Origin: Nitrospinota bacterium
GTDB taxonomy: Bacteria; Nitrospinota; Nitrospinia; Nitrospinales; VA-1
Direction: 5' to 3'
DNA: 22,556 bases
NCBI GenBank assembly: GCA_038108555.1
Contig: JAYNIA010000042.1
Location: 1,279-23,834, forward strand
Positions 21,607 to 22,556 of the stretch are shown here, piece by piece; within the stretch, counting starts at the first letter, position 1, and each line of letters starts with the position of its first letter. A model generated the notes under the pieces. It was given only the letters and a program-made list of their open reading frames with translations. It did not search any database and was not told where the DNA came from. Both the position numbers and the translations under genes were made by a program.

Positions 21607-22341
21607 ATGCCCAACGAAATTTCCAAACAATTACTTCTTAACTTTCCAGCCCGTCCAGAGTTTAACTTTTCAAATTTTGTAATCTCCCAGGGTTCCCGTT
21701 TTGCTTATGATTCGGCCATGAATTTTTGCAACCCGAACCAGACCCTTTACAACTCGCTATTTTTGTTTGGCCAGGAAAACCTTGGGAAAACCCATCTCCT
21801 TCTCTCAATTGGAAACCTGGTTGCAGAAAAGGGAGCGCGTGTTATCTATATTGAGGGCGCAGAATTTTCTAAAAAAACAGAAACAAAGAATTCAGAGAAA
21901 GACCCTCAAACTCAATTAATGGATGTGGATTATTTCCTTTTGGATGACGTTGAAGAAATAGCTCCATCTACTGCCGCGCAGGAAAAGCTTTATCATATTT
22001 ATAATACGGTAATCGAAAAAGGTGGAAAGGTGGCATTCACAAGTTGTGTGTCTCCAGAAAAAATAGAAAATGCGGAGAGTTATTTGACTTCCAGGTTTAA
22101 ATGGGGCCTTTTGGCAGAAATCAAACCTATCGATGATGACACGACCTCTAAAATCATACAAAAACTTGCCAAAGACATTGGCCTGACATTGCCAGAAAAT
22201 ATTGTTAACTTTTTATTGTCACGAATTCCCCGAGATTTCATTTCTATTCAGGAAGCCATCTCCACCCTCAATCATGAATCCTATATCCAGAAAAAAAAGG
22301 TTACCTTACCTCTGGTAAAAGCAGCCCTTAAAATACCTTGA
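21607..22341 (+). CDS. hda: Hda-like DnaA-family AAA+ protein (DnaA regulatory inactivator)
   Basis: N-terminal QLLLNF clamp-binding-like motif, FSNFV, Walker A GQENLGKTHL, LLDDVE, LTSRFKWG; lacks DnaA domains I and IV. Confidence 0.8.
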   Translation: MPNEISKQLLLNFPARPEFNFSNFVISQGSRFAYDSAMNFCNPNQTLYNSLFLFGQENLGKTHLLLSIGNLVAEKGARVIYIEGAEFSKKTETKNSEKDPQTQLMDVDYFLLDDVEEIAPSTAAQEKLYHIYNTVIEKGGKVAFTSCVSPEKIENAESYLTSRFKWGLLAEIKPIDDDTTSKIIQKLAKDIGLTLPENIVNFLLSRIPRDFISIQEAISTLNHESYIQKKKVTLPLVKAALKIP

Positions 22342-22556
22342 GCCAACCCGACACATGCAATATCTCAGCCCGGCTTGCTCGTTGGGCCGATGAGAAACCC
22401 GATTCCCCTGCTTTGATTGAATTGTCCAACCGGCGGCAAAAAACCTTTCGGGAGCTCGATAAAGACACTCAACAGGTGGCCTCAGGTCTGATTCAATGTG
22501 GAATGAAACCCGGAGACCGTGTTTTATTAATGACTCCCTATGGACTCGATTTTGTC
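22338..22556 (+). CDS. AMP-dependent acyl ligase, OleC-like; partial, runs off the right edge (not in ORF track)
   Basis: TTG overlapping the hda TGA gives MSQPDTCNISARLARWADEKPDSPALIE..TFRELDKDTQQVASGLIQCGMKPGDRVLLMTPYGLDFV, an ANL-superfamily N-terminus. Confidence 0.8.
   Translation, partial: MSQPDTCNISARLARWADEKPDSPALIELSNRRQKTFRELDKDTQQVASGLIQCGMKPGDRVLLMTPYGLDFV

Overview
A 22.6-kb bacterial chromosomal window of mostly housekeeping genes. A CydA-like 'bd-like' oxidase and a CCG-anchored (type E) succinate dehydrogenase suggest Nitrospinota or a related nitrite oxidiser (inference). Gene order: partial cytochrome bd-like oxidase subunit (not in the ORF track), hisD, TIGR04282/DUF2064 transferase, a PAP2-waaC-Trm112-GT9-gcvPB run, SLC13 permease, DUF559 endonuclease, an AT-rich orphan, a minus-strand sdhA-sdhB-CCG subunit operon, rhlB, ligA, two tandem HtrA proteases, DUF2065, a lipoprotein, an Hda-like protein and a partial OleC-like AMP ligase. 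The most notable structure lies at 7515-9784. Five copies of a G/C-tract 'hairpin + mirror G-tail' repeat, with intrastrand-triplex potential and in two copies G-quadruplex potential, occur in strictly alternating orientation. Two of them form a 38/41-identical inverted pair that tightly brackets the DUF559 nuclease gene. This is a REPtron-like arrangement with a Vsr-like nuclease in place of a RAYT transposase, and is a candidate nuclease-plus-structured-repeat system. All alignments and counts were done by eye; no database searches were run.
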